Virus record (IMG/VR): IMGVR_UViG_3300035180_001452
Span: 1-64,000 of that record
Origin: a virus
Length of the DNA: 64,000 bases
Reading direction: 5' to 3' (one strand)
Shown here: positions 49,374 through 59,313 of the stretch, one piece after another
How the letters are laid out: every line of letters starts with the position of its first letter
Position numbering within the stretch: position 1 is the stretch's first letter
Notes under the pieces: model-generated
What the model saw: the letters and a program-made list of their open reading frames with translations, nothing else
Databases searched by the model: none
What the model was told of the DNA's origin: nothing
Made by a program: the position numbers and the translations under genes

Positions 49374-52300
49374 CTATATCTTTGATGCTACCTCATTAGT
49401 TCGGTCATGAGATAGGTTAACTTCTATATTAGACTCACTACCCTTAGTAGAATTTGACATATTAAGTTCTATGGAAATATCTCTAACTCCCCTACCCTTT
49501 AGTAGGGTTTCTAGTGTTCTATGTACATCGGCTACCTCTCCATGAATTACGGGAATAGGAACCTCTCTAGTTGCTATCTTAGCATCCATAGAATTTATAG
49601 GATATATCCCCATTTCCATAGGAGTAACGCCTTCTTTCTGCGCAGTTACTACTCTAGCGTTCTCTAGGTTAAACTCTTCTTTCCATCCGGCCCAGGTATC
49701 ATCTGGAAGTTGATAATTCTTAAAGAACTCTTTTAACGATTCTTTCTGTGGTGTATCTTTTTTACGTATACCTAAGTACTGTCCTAGTACTGATTTCTGT
49801 CTCTTAGTAAGTAATGAAAAGAACTCCTTCTTCTCTCTAGGACTTCCATTAGCTACTATATCCATCGCTAGCTCTCTTTCATACCTAGGCAATCCGCCCA
49901 TCACATTATTTAACGGATCACCTGGAATAGCACCAGTTATGGTCCTTTTAGCTAGCCCTCTATATAACAAAGCTCTAGCCGCTAATGGTCCTATATCATA
50001 CTCTTTTCTATTGGACTCTACAATCTTATTTATTTCTCTATTAATTCTCTTAACTTTTTTTCTCTTCCAGTCTACGCTAGCATCAGATAACATTATAGCT
50101 CTTTTTCTATTCTCTAACTTATCCAGCTCTTTTTTAATTCTATCTCCTTCTAGATCTTTTTCATCCGCAACCTTTAGAATATCTATACCTTCCTTTTCTA
50201 AAGCGGCATCAGCGTATTGTTTAGATAGTCTGGTATACTTTACATATCTTAGTGCATCATAGTACTCTTCTATTTCTCTTCTCTTTCGTACTCTCTTTGG
50301 AATGTACTTCTCACCGGTAAACACTTCTCCTAGAACTCTTCTTATAGACATTTGAGCAGCTAGCGCTCCTCCTACTGCAGCGCCTATCTTTTTACCGCCT
50401 ACCAGTCTTCCAAATAGAGATCCTATAAACGCACCAGTAAGAGTTGCTAATATTGGATTGCGAGAAGCTATAGCATCCATAGTCGGTCTAACGTAGGTTT
50501 TTATCGGTGCTGCCCAGTCTCCTGCAGTAGTACCATATACCTGAGATCTTTTATATTCTTCGAGAGCCGATCTAACTCTTAATAGCTTAGTATGAAATGG
50601 AGTATCTAGATGAGCAAACTTTTCCCATAGTAGGCCATATAGTCTTGACAACTTACCATATCTTGCTACTATACCGGGAGCGCTGTTGTCTCCTGTCTTT
50701 TCTATACCTACGCCTGTATCTATTAGAGCTCTGTTTACATTAGTACCGCCAGCAAATACTGCTGCCCGCTTAGTTTGTAGCATATCATCAGAGATCTGGT
50801 CATCATCCTTTGTAGCCATTACGGCTCTTATCTTAGCGCCAGGTTCTATGCCAAAGGTTCTGTAGAATGCGGTTATTGAATCATCGCCCTTTTTTACTCT
50901 AATATTTTGTTCCTTAAGATACTTACGTATTCTATCTTTACTTACTCTAGTACCAGCCAATCGTATCGGATGCTCGTCCTCCTCGACTATAAAAGTATTA
51001 GCATCTAGTATAGACTTTATAGTATATTCCCTGGACTCCGTTTTTTGATTAAACCTATAGTCTCTTATTTTATATATTTTCTTCTGCTGACTTGCCCTCT
51101 TTACTGCCTCATTAACTCTTTTTTGCTTATACTCAGCTACCTCTGGAGTATCCTCCGCTATCTCTGCTCTTACATTAGCAAGCTCTGTTTTTAGTTCATT
51201 AGACCACGGAGCAACGTCAGATAGAATCTCTACTCTAGTTAAAGAACCATATCCTGATACACCGTGTATTCTTTCATAAGCCTCTCCCGGTAATCTTATC
51301 TCACCGGCAGGAATCTTAACGTAAGGATCTCCAGTCTTAAAGTTTATAAAGTAGTCTTCTCCAGGCATCCAATCAGGCATTTTGTTAGGAACTGGGTTAT
51401 ACTCATGTATATTTCTATTTCTATGTGGAATAATTCTACGCCAGAATTCTGAAAGATCACCGGGGATACCACCCAGATTTCTGTCCCAAAATCTTCTTTC
51501 GTATCCATACCCTCTATCTGCTGATTGTATTACCGGGGTGTTTATAGTCGGAGCAGTTCCTAGTGCTGTTGCTGCTACCTTTTGAGCATAGCCATAGATA
51601 CCAGCAAGATCCCAGAACTGTTCTGTTAGCTTAGTACTCTGTACCTTAAAGGACTTTGAACTAATAGCATTACTATAATCAAAGCTACTATCAACTAAGT
51701 CTCCGCCTTTTATAGGAGTCCAGGTACCAGAACCTCCGGATTGTCCTCCGCCTGCACTAGAGTACGGCCCTTCTCCTCCTGTTCCAAGTCCTGTTTGTAA
51801 AGCACCTCCTCCTTGTAGTACTTTATACTCGCCACTCTTAGTGAAGCTGACTCTAGTAGCACTTGGAGCGCCATATCTACCGCTATCAGAACCTTCCTCT
51901 ACGCCCTCTTCTAGATATTCGGGATGCATGATTCTTGTAGGTTTAAGTATCCTACCAATAGTCATATTACCTATATTACCTAGGAAAGTATCTGGGCTAA
52001 ATAAAGTACCAGTTTCTATATACGGACGATCTTCTTTGTGCTTTTCTTCCCACCAATATGGGTCTAGTAGCTTCTTTATAGGAGAAAATGGATGTGATGG
52101 TGTTGGTATAGCACTATGCCCCCAGTACTCATCACTATTTAGATCTACATTAGAGGCTTCTTGCCACTTACTCTGAGATAGCTGATACCATGACGGGGAA
52201 TAATACTGAATCTTATCTCCTACAAAAGCCTGTCTGCTATTATGAACCGCCTGTGCTATAAGGCAAAAACTTTCTCCTTCTGCTACTTCAAAGTCATACA

Positions 52301-55300
52301 CAGTCCCACTATACTTAGTTGTATCTATACTTTTTATTTGAAAATAAACATAGTCATCTGTAAATACTGTTATGCTAGTATCGCGCAAGTTTATACAGTA
52401 GGGATATACTGTGCTTTTATTTTTTACTTTATCGTCATACTGTAAGGGCTTTTCAATAGAGCACTGTATACCAAGCTGTAGACAAATCTTTTGTATAAAT
52501 AGCTGTAGTTGTCTGTTTGTTGTGCTACCGTTTATTATCCCTTCACCAGAAAAATCAGCCCCGCTCTCTAGTAAGTAGGACATTAGCATGAACAGTATAC
52601 AGTCGCTAGGCGCGTTTAACAACTCATCCGGTATTCTCTTTTCATTATCTTCTCTAAGTAAAGTCTTTATAGATTTAGCAAGAGTACTATTATATAGAGT
52701 TACTTTTAGTACTGTACCAAGATCGCTTATATCTACTTGATATTCGGTTATTTCTTTTAGTAGGCTAGATATAGTATCAGCGTGCTCTTTACTTAAAGTA
52801 AATGATATACCGGAGGGTTCTCCTTGGTCGTATATTATTATTCCGTTGGCTAGATACCATCCAAATATGGGGAATAGGTCTGTAGTTAATTCTAATGTAT
52901 CCGTGTTAGAAATAGTAATATTCTTAAGCTGCCCGGTTCCTACTGGTCTTGGATATGCTAGATACTGCCCCTCTTTTAATTCATCTGCTCTTACCCATTC
53001 CCAGGATATATAGCGCGAATAATTAGGCCGTGTTCTTTGCACTGCTACAGGAACAGGATGGTTTCCTGTTACTATAAAGCTAGCCCCATCTCCTGCATAT
53101 GTTGTTATAGAGTATACAGGCTCATCTACGCTTCTTGTAAATACGTGAGTAATAGTAGTGTCTATTCCATAGATGTTCTTTACTGTATCGCCAATAGCTA
53201 CTTTATCTGCTCTAACAGGGTTACCTTCTACCATAACTTCTACGTCTGGTAGTAAGCATCCAGTTAGCCACCATCTGCCTCTTCTTACTGGCTCTCTTCC
53301 TTCTGATAGATACTCCTGCTGTTCTTCATAGCTCCTAGGCTGCCAATAGTCCTCAACCCCAGGCATTAAATCAACAAGAGCCTTAGAGCGGTTAGTTATT
53401 CCAAGTATATCAGCGGTCCACGATCCTGCTAGTGCAGCATGCGCTCTAATATTACCAATAGCCTTATCTGGCGTAAAGCCTATTGTATTACTAGAAACAT
53501 AGTTAGCATATTTCCAGGCTTCAACTGCACCAAAAGCTGGAAGAACTCTCTTTAGAGCTAGATTTTTGTATATCGAAGCAGTATTTTGTAGGTCTGAGTC
53601 TGGAAGTCCTAGACCATACTCCGCAAGCATTTTATTAAGTCTATATGCCATGTGGTATCCAGGACCTGGGTTGACGGCTCTACCCATTCCCGGTACTGTT
53701 TCCCCATATATATAGGAGACTATAGGATTTATACTTCTGTCTTTGATCGCCTCTAGCGTAGCTCCTACATAATTACTACCAGCAGGAACTGCATATAATC
53801 TAGTTCCTACACCTTCTATACCTTCACCATTAATCCATGGAGTAGCGCCTCCATGCCATCTATTTAGTACGTCTTTTAATATGTCTCCTACATTACTACC
53901 GGGACTCCTAATGATATTAGCTATTTCTTCTGCTCTAGCGCCTTGATCTAAGAACTTATTACTTAAGTATTTTTCATTAAATAAGCCCCAGATACTAGCC
54001 ATCAGATCATTCTTAGCACTTTTAGATAGCTTAGGAATACTGTTTATATTCTCTCGCATCACATCAAATATATAGGGGGCGTCTGGATTATCGGCTATGT
54101 GAGAGAATATCTCATCATAAAATACTTCTCTAATCTTATCGAACCCTGCTACTGGATCCGATTCTCCTAACAGTCCGCTAAGATTAATTATACTAGGACT
54201 TGGATTCTTTAGTATCCCTTGAGATAACAGTCCTATATCATTTTGTACAAATCGTCTAGCATTAATTTTAGTATGTAGCCCACTAAATATTCCTGCTGAT
54301 GCTCTATCAAAAAATCTAACGTTGTGTAGAATTTCTCCTCCTACTGCAGCATCTATTTCTCTTAGCGCAGTAGCGAGAGACTCATCAGAAAAACCTTCAT
54401 TAATAAGACCTATAAATCCTGGATGAAGATTGCTGTGCTTTATTATTTCTGGGCTAAATATCTGGCTAGGTTTAATACCTTTAGGTATAGAGGTATACTT
54501 ACGTACTGTTCCAAGAATATTTTCTATATCATCTATGCTATTACTTCCCTGCATAACTCTATTTAGTGAGTTTACTGGGTTGCTCGCATACTTATCTGCA
54601 TTAGGCCATAGCCATTTTCCTATAGCGCTCCAGGCTTTTCCAAATTTAGACGGCTCCCCCTGCCTATCTAGGCCCATAACATCCATTATTTGGCCTAGTG
54701 TATTGTAACCTACCCACTTTCTTAGATTACCTTTTTGTGAATAATAAAGATTTGGGTTAGATCTTATGCGAGAAAACTCCTGCATAAGTCCAAATCTAGC
54801 ATCTTTAATATTCCATTTATTAATTTCATCTGGAAATGGAACAGAACCTACTACTCTATTTCCACCTTCTCCTACCTCTTCCGTTCCAAATATTCTATTA
54901 CCAACATAGTATACGTCTCTAAGAAGTTCGCCTTTATTATTAAATAGCTTAGAACGTAGTTTTTGTGGTGCAGCCTCATAAATTTCTCTTTGTAGGCTTC
55001 CAGCTCCTAGAGTACCAGCAAAGTCTTTTGCTCCCCCTCTTAACCAAGGCATGAACTTAAATGGCATTAGACCACCAAGTCCTGGAGCTACTGGTACAAT
55101 GAAATTATTAGATAGTATATTAAACCCGGCCTCTGCCATATTCATAAGAGGCCCTAGATTAAAAGCTGACTCTCCTGTGCTTACTATATCAGTAGGCAGA
55201 TTTTCTATAATGCTTCTTATAGCTAAAGTGTCTATACTCTTAGTAGTTGCTTTTACTGCGTGCTCTTCAGCTAGTGCTAAAGAATAGGCAGCTTTTGCAG

Positions 55301-56153
55301 CCATAATATCCGCTTTAGTTAGACCCTTCATACGATGCTGAAGAACTTTTATAAACACTTCTTCGCCAGCGCTTGGAGAAGAATAGAAATTGTTTCTAAT
55401 AGTAGGATGTCTTAATATTCCTTCTATCTCAGGTAGAACGCCCTTAGAGGTTAATTCTCCTAGTCTCAGCCGTTTTATTCCGAAGGCTCCGAGAATTCCA
55501 CCTGTTTTATTACCAGTAGCAATTTCTTTAAGATGAGCGGCAAATAGTTTATTAGCTTCTAGGAACGCTTGTCCAGGAACTACATGTACGAAGTTACTAG
55601 CTTTAATCCTGGCTTCTTCTACGTCTACTAGCAGCTGTTGTTGATTATGTGCCCTTGCTTGGGTTAGCTTAGAAATAACGTTCTTTCTATAGAACGGACT
55701 TGATAGTACCTTATCTGTAGTCAGGCTACTCAAGATATCTTGAGATGTACCACTAGCATTAAATAGTAACCTTGCTTCTTCTTCAGACCACCCTTTAGAA
55801 ACAAGGTGCCTCATGCCTATAGCTCTCATAGACTGCTTAGGTAAGTCTATACCTACAAGTCTATTAAAGCTACGAAACGCTACCCCTAATCTACTTTCTT
55901 CTATAGCTAGTCTAGAAGCCTGTTGTATAGGAACTTCTCCGGCACGTACATTTCTTAGGGTACCAGAGTATACTCTTCTTTCAACAAACTTACCTAGTCT
56001 CTGAGCTCCTCTAATTACTTGATTTCCTATATACCGTCTAATATTAGGAGCAGCTAAAAAAACACCAAGACCAATAGCTCCAGCGGCTCCTAAGGCCCAC
56101 CTGGTGCGTGATTGATCTTGGTCTCTATCCTGATAACTTCTAAAGTTTGCCAT
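49374..56153 (-). CDS. Giant tape-measure-like protein with intein and SNase/OB-fold-like domain
   Basis: 2259 aa directly after chaperone genes; hydrophobic segments (WALGAAGAIGLGVFLAA; LATLTGAFIGSLFG); ILDANTF...IRLAG...NVNRALIDTG at about 50700-51030. Confidence 0.75.
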   Translation of the reverse strand: MANFRSYQDRDQDQSRTRWALGAAGAIGLGVFLAAPNIRRYIGNQVIRGAQRLGKFVERRVYSGTLRNVRAGEVPIQQASRLAIEESRLGVAFRSFNRLVGIDLPKQSMRAIGMRHLVSKGWSEEEARLLFNASGTSQDILSSLTTDKVLSSPFYRKNVISKLTQARAHNQQQLLVDVEEARIKASNFVHVVPGQAFLEANKLFAAHLKEIATGNKTGGILGAFGIKRLRLGELTSKGVLPEIEGILRHPTIRNNFYSSPSAGEEVFIKVLQHRMKGLTKADIMAAKAAYSLALAEEHAVKATTKSIDTLAIRSIIENLPTDIVSTGESAFNLGPLMNMAEAGFNILSNNFIVPVAPGLGGLMPFKFMPWLRGGAKDFAGTLGAGSLQREIYEAAPQKLRSKLFNNKGELLRDVYYVGNRIFGTEEVGEGGNRVVGSVPFPDEINKWNIKDARFGLMQEFSRIRSNPNLYYSQKGNLRKWVGYNTLGQIMDVMGLDRQGEPSKFGKAWSAIGKWLWPNADKYASNPVNSLNRVMQGSNSIDDIENILGTVRKYTSIPKGIKPSQIFSPEIIKHSNLHPGFIGLINEGFSDESLATALREIDAAVGGEILHNVRFFDRASAGIFSGLHTKINARRFVQNDIGLLSQGILKNPSPSIINLSGLLGESDPVAGFDKIREVFYDEIFSHIADNPDAPYIFDVMRENINSIPKLSKSAKNDLMASIWGLFNEKYLSNKFLDQGARAEEIANIIRSPGSNVGDILKDVLNRWHGGATPWINGEGIEGVGTRLYAVPAGSNYVGATLEAIKDRSINPIVSYIYGETVPGMGRAVNPGPGYHMAYRLNKMLAEYGLGLPDSDLQNTASIYKNLALKRVLPAFGAVEAWKYANYVSSNTIGFTPDKAIGNIRAHAALAGSWTADILGITNRSKALVDLMPGVEDYWQPRSYEEQQEYLSEGREPVRRGRWWLTGCLLPDVEVMVEGNPVRADKVAIGDTVKNIYGIDTTITHVFTRSVDEPVYSITTYAGDGASFIVTGNHPVPVAVQRTRPNYSRYISWEWVRADELKEGQYLAYPRPVGTGQLKNITISNTDTLELTTDLFPIFGWYLANGIIIYDQGEPSGISFTLSKEHADTISSLLKEITEYQVDISDLGTVLKVTLYNSTLAKSIKTLLREDNEKRIPDELLNAPSDCILFMLMSYLLESGADFSGEGIINGSTTNRQLQLFIQKICLQLGIQCSIEKPLQYDDKVKNKSTVYPYCINLRDTSITVFTDDYVYFQIKSIDTTKYSGTVYDFEVAEGESFCLIAQAVHNSRQAFVGDKIQYYSPSWYQLSQSKWQEASNVDLNSDEYWGHSAIPTPSHPFSPIKKLLDPYWWEEKHKEDRPYIETGTLFSPDTFLGNIGNMTIGRILKPTRIMHPEYLEEGVEEGSDSGRYGAPSATRVSFTKSGEYKVLQGGGALQTGLGTGGEGPYSSAGGGQSGGSGTWTPIKGGDLVDSSFDYSNAISSKSFKVQSTKLTEQFWDLAGIYGYAQKVAATALGTAPTINTPVIQSADRGYGYERRFWDRNLGGIPGDLSEFWRRIIPHRNRNIHEYNPVPNKMPDWMPGEDYFINFKTGDPYVKIPAGEIRLPGEAYERIHGVSGYGSLTRVEILSDVAPWSNELKTELANVRAEIAEDTPEVAEYKQKRVNEAVKRASQQKKIYKIRDYRFNQKTESREYTIKSILDANTFIVEEDEHPIRLAGTRVSKDRIRKYLKEQNIRVKKGDDSITAFYRTFGIEPGAKIRAVMATKDDDQISDDMLQTKRAAVFAGGTNVNRALIDTGVGIEKTGDNSAPGIVARYGKLSRLYGLLWEKFAHLDTPFHTKLLRVRSALEEYKRSQVYGTTAGDWAAPIKTYVRPTMDAIASRNPILATLTGAFIGSLFGRLVGGKKIGAAVGGALAAQMSIRRVLGEVFTGEKYIPKRVRKRREIEEYYDALRYVKYTRLSKQYADAALEKEGIDILKVADEKDLEGDRIKKELDKLENRKRAIMLSDASVDWKRKKVKRINREINKIVESNRKEYDIGPLAARALLYRGLAKRTITGAIPGDPLNNVMGGLPRYERELAMDIVANGSPREKKEFFSLLTKRQKSVLGQYLGIRKKDTPQKESLKEFFKNYQLPDDTWAGWKEEFNLENARVVTAQKEGVTPMEMGIYPINSMDAKIATREVPIPVIHGEVADVHRTLETLLKGRGVRDISIELNMSNSTKGSESNIEVNLSHDRTNEVASKI
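52239..53258 (-). mobile_element. Intein (340 aa) in tape-measure-like protein, degenerate LAGLIDADG-like core
   Basis: WWLTG|CLLPDVEV...VTGNHPV (block B)...YSGTVYDFEV...AVHN|SRQ. Confidence 0.95.
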
Positions 56154-56158
56154 AATTA

Positions 56159-56749
56159 CTATCTACTTATTACGGAACTATGCTCTTCCTCCCATTGTCT
56201 TAACTTGTGCTCAGGAATTTCTCCGGGTCCTACTAGAATAGGAGGAACAACTCGTCCACTTGGATTATTAGGAGCAGGAGGTACCGGCTTTTTATTTGAC
56301 CTACGTTCAAACGGGTTCATGGTTATAAACTTATCTACGTCTAGCCCATACATAGAAGCTGCTAATAACTGTGCTGCTCCGGCAGACTTAAACCAATCTA
56401 TAGGATCCATATTCCTTATCTGGTCTAAAGGTAGATGAAGTACTCCCATCATTAATATTTCTAGTTTGCCAGAGGATGAGATTATCCATTCTTCTACTTC
56501 TTCTTGTAGAAGTTCGGTACCCTCTTCCGTCATACCAGAGGCTTCTAGAATCTTTCTTGCTAGTGTGGTTGGTATTCCAGCCAGACAGTTGTCTAAATCT
56601 ATATCTGGATAGACTACACAAGCTCTACAAAGAGAGTCTTCTATATCTACCTGAAATTCACACCTAAGGGCTTCTTCTAGCTCTGCACGAGTAGCTCCAC
56701 GGTATTTATATAATGTACCAAGAACCTCTGTTTTGTAGACACGGGGCAT
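56159..56749 (-). CDS. Tail assembly chaperone-like protein 2
   Basis: YKYRGATRAEL...CVVYP...AGIPTTLARKILEASGM repeats the domain of the upstream gene; ATG 56749 preferred over TTG 56767. Confidence 0.68.
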   Translation of the reverse strand: MPRVYKTEVLGTLYKYRGATRAELEEALRCEFQVDIEDSLCRACVVYPDIDLDNCLAGIPTTLARKILEASGMTEEGTELLQEEVEEWIISSSGKLEILMMGVLHLPLDQIRNMDPIDWFKSAGAAQLLAASMYGLDVDKFITMNPFERRSNKKPVPPAPNNPSGRVVPPILVGPGEIPEHKLRQWEEEHSSVISR

Positions 56750-56778
56750 GTATTTTAATCCGTACAAGTTATGGGCCA

Positions 56779-56802
56779 GCCCCTATCATAATAGATAGGG
56801 GC
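56779..56802. other. Intergenic stem-loop between chaperone-like genes
   Basis: GCCCCTATC-ATAATA-GATAGGGGC, 9-bp perfect stem, no U tract. Confidence 0.5.
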
Positions 56803-56815
56803 GACCAAATATTAT

Positions 56816-57484
56816 TTATAGCTCTTCTACTTTGCTAGGATCCGAGAACCCAGAAAGTAGCATAATCTGTGCGGCCAGTATTGTAGGAACTCCTGCGCCA
56901 GTAGCAGACCAGTCTACATTCTCTGGCCAGATAAGACATCTCTTGACGCCCTCTACCTCTCCGTCCATTTCTCTTGGTAGCTTTTGTAAACTAGAGTACT
57001 CGGGTCTTAGCATGGGTCTAATAACATAGGTGCTATTACCAATAGTAACAGCTCTCATTGGGTAAGAATACTTTTTCTTTAGGGTTTCTTTGTCCTTATC
57101 TGTTAGTACCTGTACAGTAGGCATCTCTGTAAGATCTTCAACATCTAGATCCTCAAAGTCATTCATACCAGATGCATCTAGATAAGACTTTTCCTGGATA
57201 TGCTTAGCTAATGTTGGAATAGCCCCGGCAGGAAGCGTAGCCCAATCTGGTGGGGCTAGCTGAGGCCACAATAAAGCATAGTCTACGATCTTTTCTTCTA
57301 TGTCCGATAGCCTTACTCCCTGTCCATTCTCATCAATCCATCTTTGAATCTTAGCGTACTCTTCCCTATTTATATAGGTAAATACAAAATCCTGCCCAAA
57401 TAACGTTTTCTTATACAGAGGCCTATTTGAAACCTGTTCTTTTAAGCTTGCAATGATCTCCTCTGTAAGTTCCTGTCTAGTCAT
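56816..57484 (-). CDS. Tail assembly chaperone-like protein 1 (tandem two-domain)
   Basis: FVFTYINREEY...LLWP...AGAIPTLAKHIQEKS and YVIRPMLRPEY...LIWP...AGVPTILAAQIMLLSG; lies between tube genes and tape-measure-like gene. Confidence 0.7.
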   Translation of the reverse strand: MTRQELTEEIIASLKEQVSNRPLYKKTLFGQDFVFTYINREEYAKIQRWIDENGQGVRLSDIEEKIVDYALLWPQLAPPDWATLPAGAIPTLAKHIQEKSYLDASGMNDFEDLDVEDLTEMPTVQVLTDKDKETLKKKYSYPMRAVTIGNSTYVIRPMLRPEYSSLQKLPREMDGEVEGVKRCLIWPENVDWSATGAGVPTILAAQIMLLSGFSDPSKVEEL

Positions 57485-57517
57485 ACTTAATCCTTTCTAT
57501 TGATAATATTGTGAACT

Positions 57518-58375
57518 TTAAGGTAAGTCAATACTCTTACCAGTTTCCGGAATAAGGTCTCTAGCTATAAAGCTATATATTTCTAGTATATTTCTACCGC
57601 TGTCGTCTATGGACTTACCTGCTACATTGATCTGAACCCCATCCAATGCCTCAATAGTTCCCGCAGTCTTTGATGGAAGGCCTGTTCCTATCTTACCAAA
57701 TACTGCTCTCTCATCAATATTTAGTTTAATATCACCGTACTTTATATATATGGTAATCCCATCGCTGCCTACATCATATAGTGGAGAGTTAGTATTTCTA
57801 GCAGAGGTTTCTACTGACCTATCTTCAGCCCCCCAAAACTTTTCTATATTCTTCTGTCTGATCTCATCTAAGATAGCGTAGTTAAACCCACCAGTACTGT
57901 TGTGTCTTGACGCTCCTAATATCTCCTCTGGCGTGGAAGGAAACTGTGATATTATAGAAGACTTCATCTTATTACTTGTTCTTACGTCTTCTTTAGAGGA
58001 GCCGGCTTTTATATTTTTAAGTTCTTTCAGTACTAGTGGAATATAAAACGATCGCTTGAAGTTAATACTAAATGATCCTTGAATAATCCTACTTCCTCTA
58101 GCTACTGATCTATATGTATAATCTCCATAAGAATATAATGGCAGAGTATTTTCAGACACCTGATACTGTATATTTACAATATCATCTATATACATATCAT
58201 TAAAAAATATAGAAACATCGACACCTGACCAATAGGCCGAGTTAAACTCATCTACAACAGTTTGGTATTCTCGGTCATTAGTCTTAGAATAAAGATATGG
58301 AGCAGTCTGAACTCTTTCGCTGCGGGATGTTTTAAATAGTCTAGATAGAGTAGAGGGGACAGATGTTGGTAGCAT
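57518..58375 (-). CDS. Tail-tube-family paralog 3
   Basis: YWSGVDVSIFF...IQYQVSE..LPLYSYG...ARGSRIIQGSFSINF...YSFIARD, colinear with the 60195 ORF. Confidence 0.75.
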   Translation of the reverse strand: MLPTSVPSTLSRLFKTSRSERVQTAPYLYSKTNDREYQTVVDEFNSAYWSGVDVSIFFNDMYIDDIVNIQYQVSENTLPLYSYGDYTYRSVARGSRIIQGSFSINFKRSFYIPLVLKELKNIKAGSSKEDVRTSNKMKSSIISQFPSTPEEILGASRHNSTGGFNYAILDEIRQKNIEKFWGAEDRSVETSARNTNSPLYDVGSDGITIYIKYGDIKLNIDERAVFGKIGTGLPSKTAGTIEALDGVQINVAGKSIDDSGRNILEIYSFIARDLIPETGKSIDLP

Positions 58376-58394
58376 TATATTATTTATTCCTTAC

Positions 58395-59273
58395 TTACCA
58401 TAGAGTAACAGGAGTAGCTCCTCCTGTACCGTCATCTATTGGTGTTGCTAGAGGAGGAGGCCCCCATGCCCAAACATTAGGGTTGGGTTGAGGAGACGAG
58501 GGGTATTGGGAAGGATCTGTATTTGATGTCACTCCAGGAGGCAGAGGAGTTTGCCCAGTCATACTAATAGCAGTATTAGTAGGATCTAGAATAGGCACAC
58601 TACTTTGTGAAGTGTTAGAAAAGTGACTACTATCTATTGGTTCCAAATCCTCTTTTTCTCTTCTCTTTGAGTCTATAGCTCCTGTATCAGGCATAATATC
58701 AAGAGGTTGAAACGGTATTCTATCAACTGCCATATAGGAGTAGGTTTCCATAACAGAGATATTATCTAGAGAGTACGTTTCTCCTTCATCTAAGATACTT
58801 ACTCCCAATACCCCAGTATAAGACACTGTACCTGCTTCATTAACAAATGTAACGCTTACGTCAAATGGAGGAAGCTCGTCTGGTAAGAACATCTCTAATG
58901 GCCTATTAGAGCTTCCTCTAGGATCAAGAGGCTTAGGATTTTTATCTCTGTCTTCAGTAGCCATTACCATTCTATGCCATACAGTTCTATCAAACGAGGA
59001 GAATACCATAGTACCACCACAGGTTCTATGCCCTGCTGTAAATCCTCTAACTCTTATTTTACCTAGTGCTGTTACCGGGAACTTGTCTCTATGCGTAGAG
59101 ATAGAGAGCATGTTTAGAGTGCCAAGAGTATAGCTTTTTCTTCCTGGAAGAACCACATAAGCGACTATATCTACTCCAGAGAACACCTTAGCAGTAGAAT
59201 AATCATCTTCTGCAACATATCTATCTAGCATCTTTTCGTTGCTTACAAACATGTACTTATTAGTTTCAGCCAT
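58395..59273 (-). CDS. Tail-tube-family paralog 2
   Basis: FSGVDIVA...LSISTHRDKFPVTALG..VRGFTAGHRTCGGTMVF...DELPPFDVSVTFVNEAG; Pro-rich tail. Confidence 0.78.
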   Translation of the reverse strand: MAETNKYMFVSNEKMLDRYVAEDDYSTAKVFSGVDIVAYVVLPGRKSYTLGTLNMLSISTHRDKFPVTALGKIRVRGFTAGHRTCGGTMVFSSFDRTVWHRMVMATEDRDKNPKPLDPRGSSNRPLEMFLPDELPPFDVSVTFVNEAGTVSYTGVLGVSILDEGETYSLDNISVMETYSYMAVDRIPFQPLDIMPDTGAIDSKRREKEDLEPIDSSHFSNTSQSSVPILDPTNTAISMTGQTPLPPGVTSNTDPSQYPSSPQPNPNVWAWGPPPLATPIDDGTGGATPVTLW

Positions 59274-59313
59274 CTTATTCTTCCAACGAAGCCGTGCTTC
59301 TCATTATAAGATA

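Noticed and set aside
56388-56667. Alternate-frame minus ORFs as frameshift extensions of a chaperone
   Set aside because: Nested in 56159..56749, no convincing slippery site linking them, unnatural composition.
56767-56818. Stop-codon readthrough joining the two in-frame chaperone genes
   Set aside because: Three in-frame stops (TAA, TGA, TAG) intervene.
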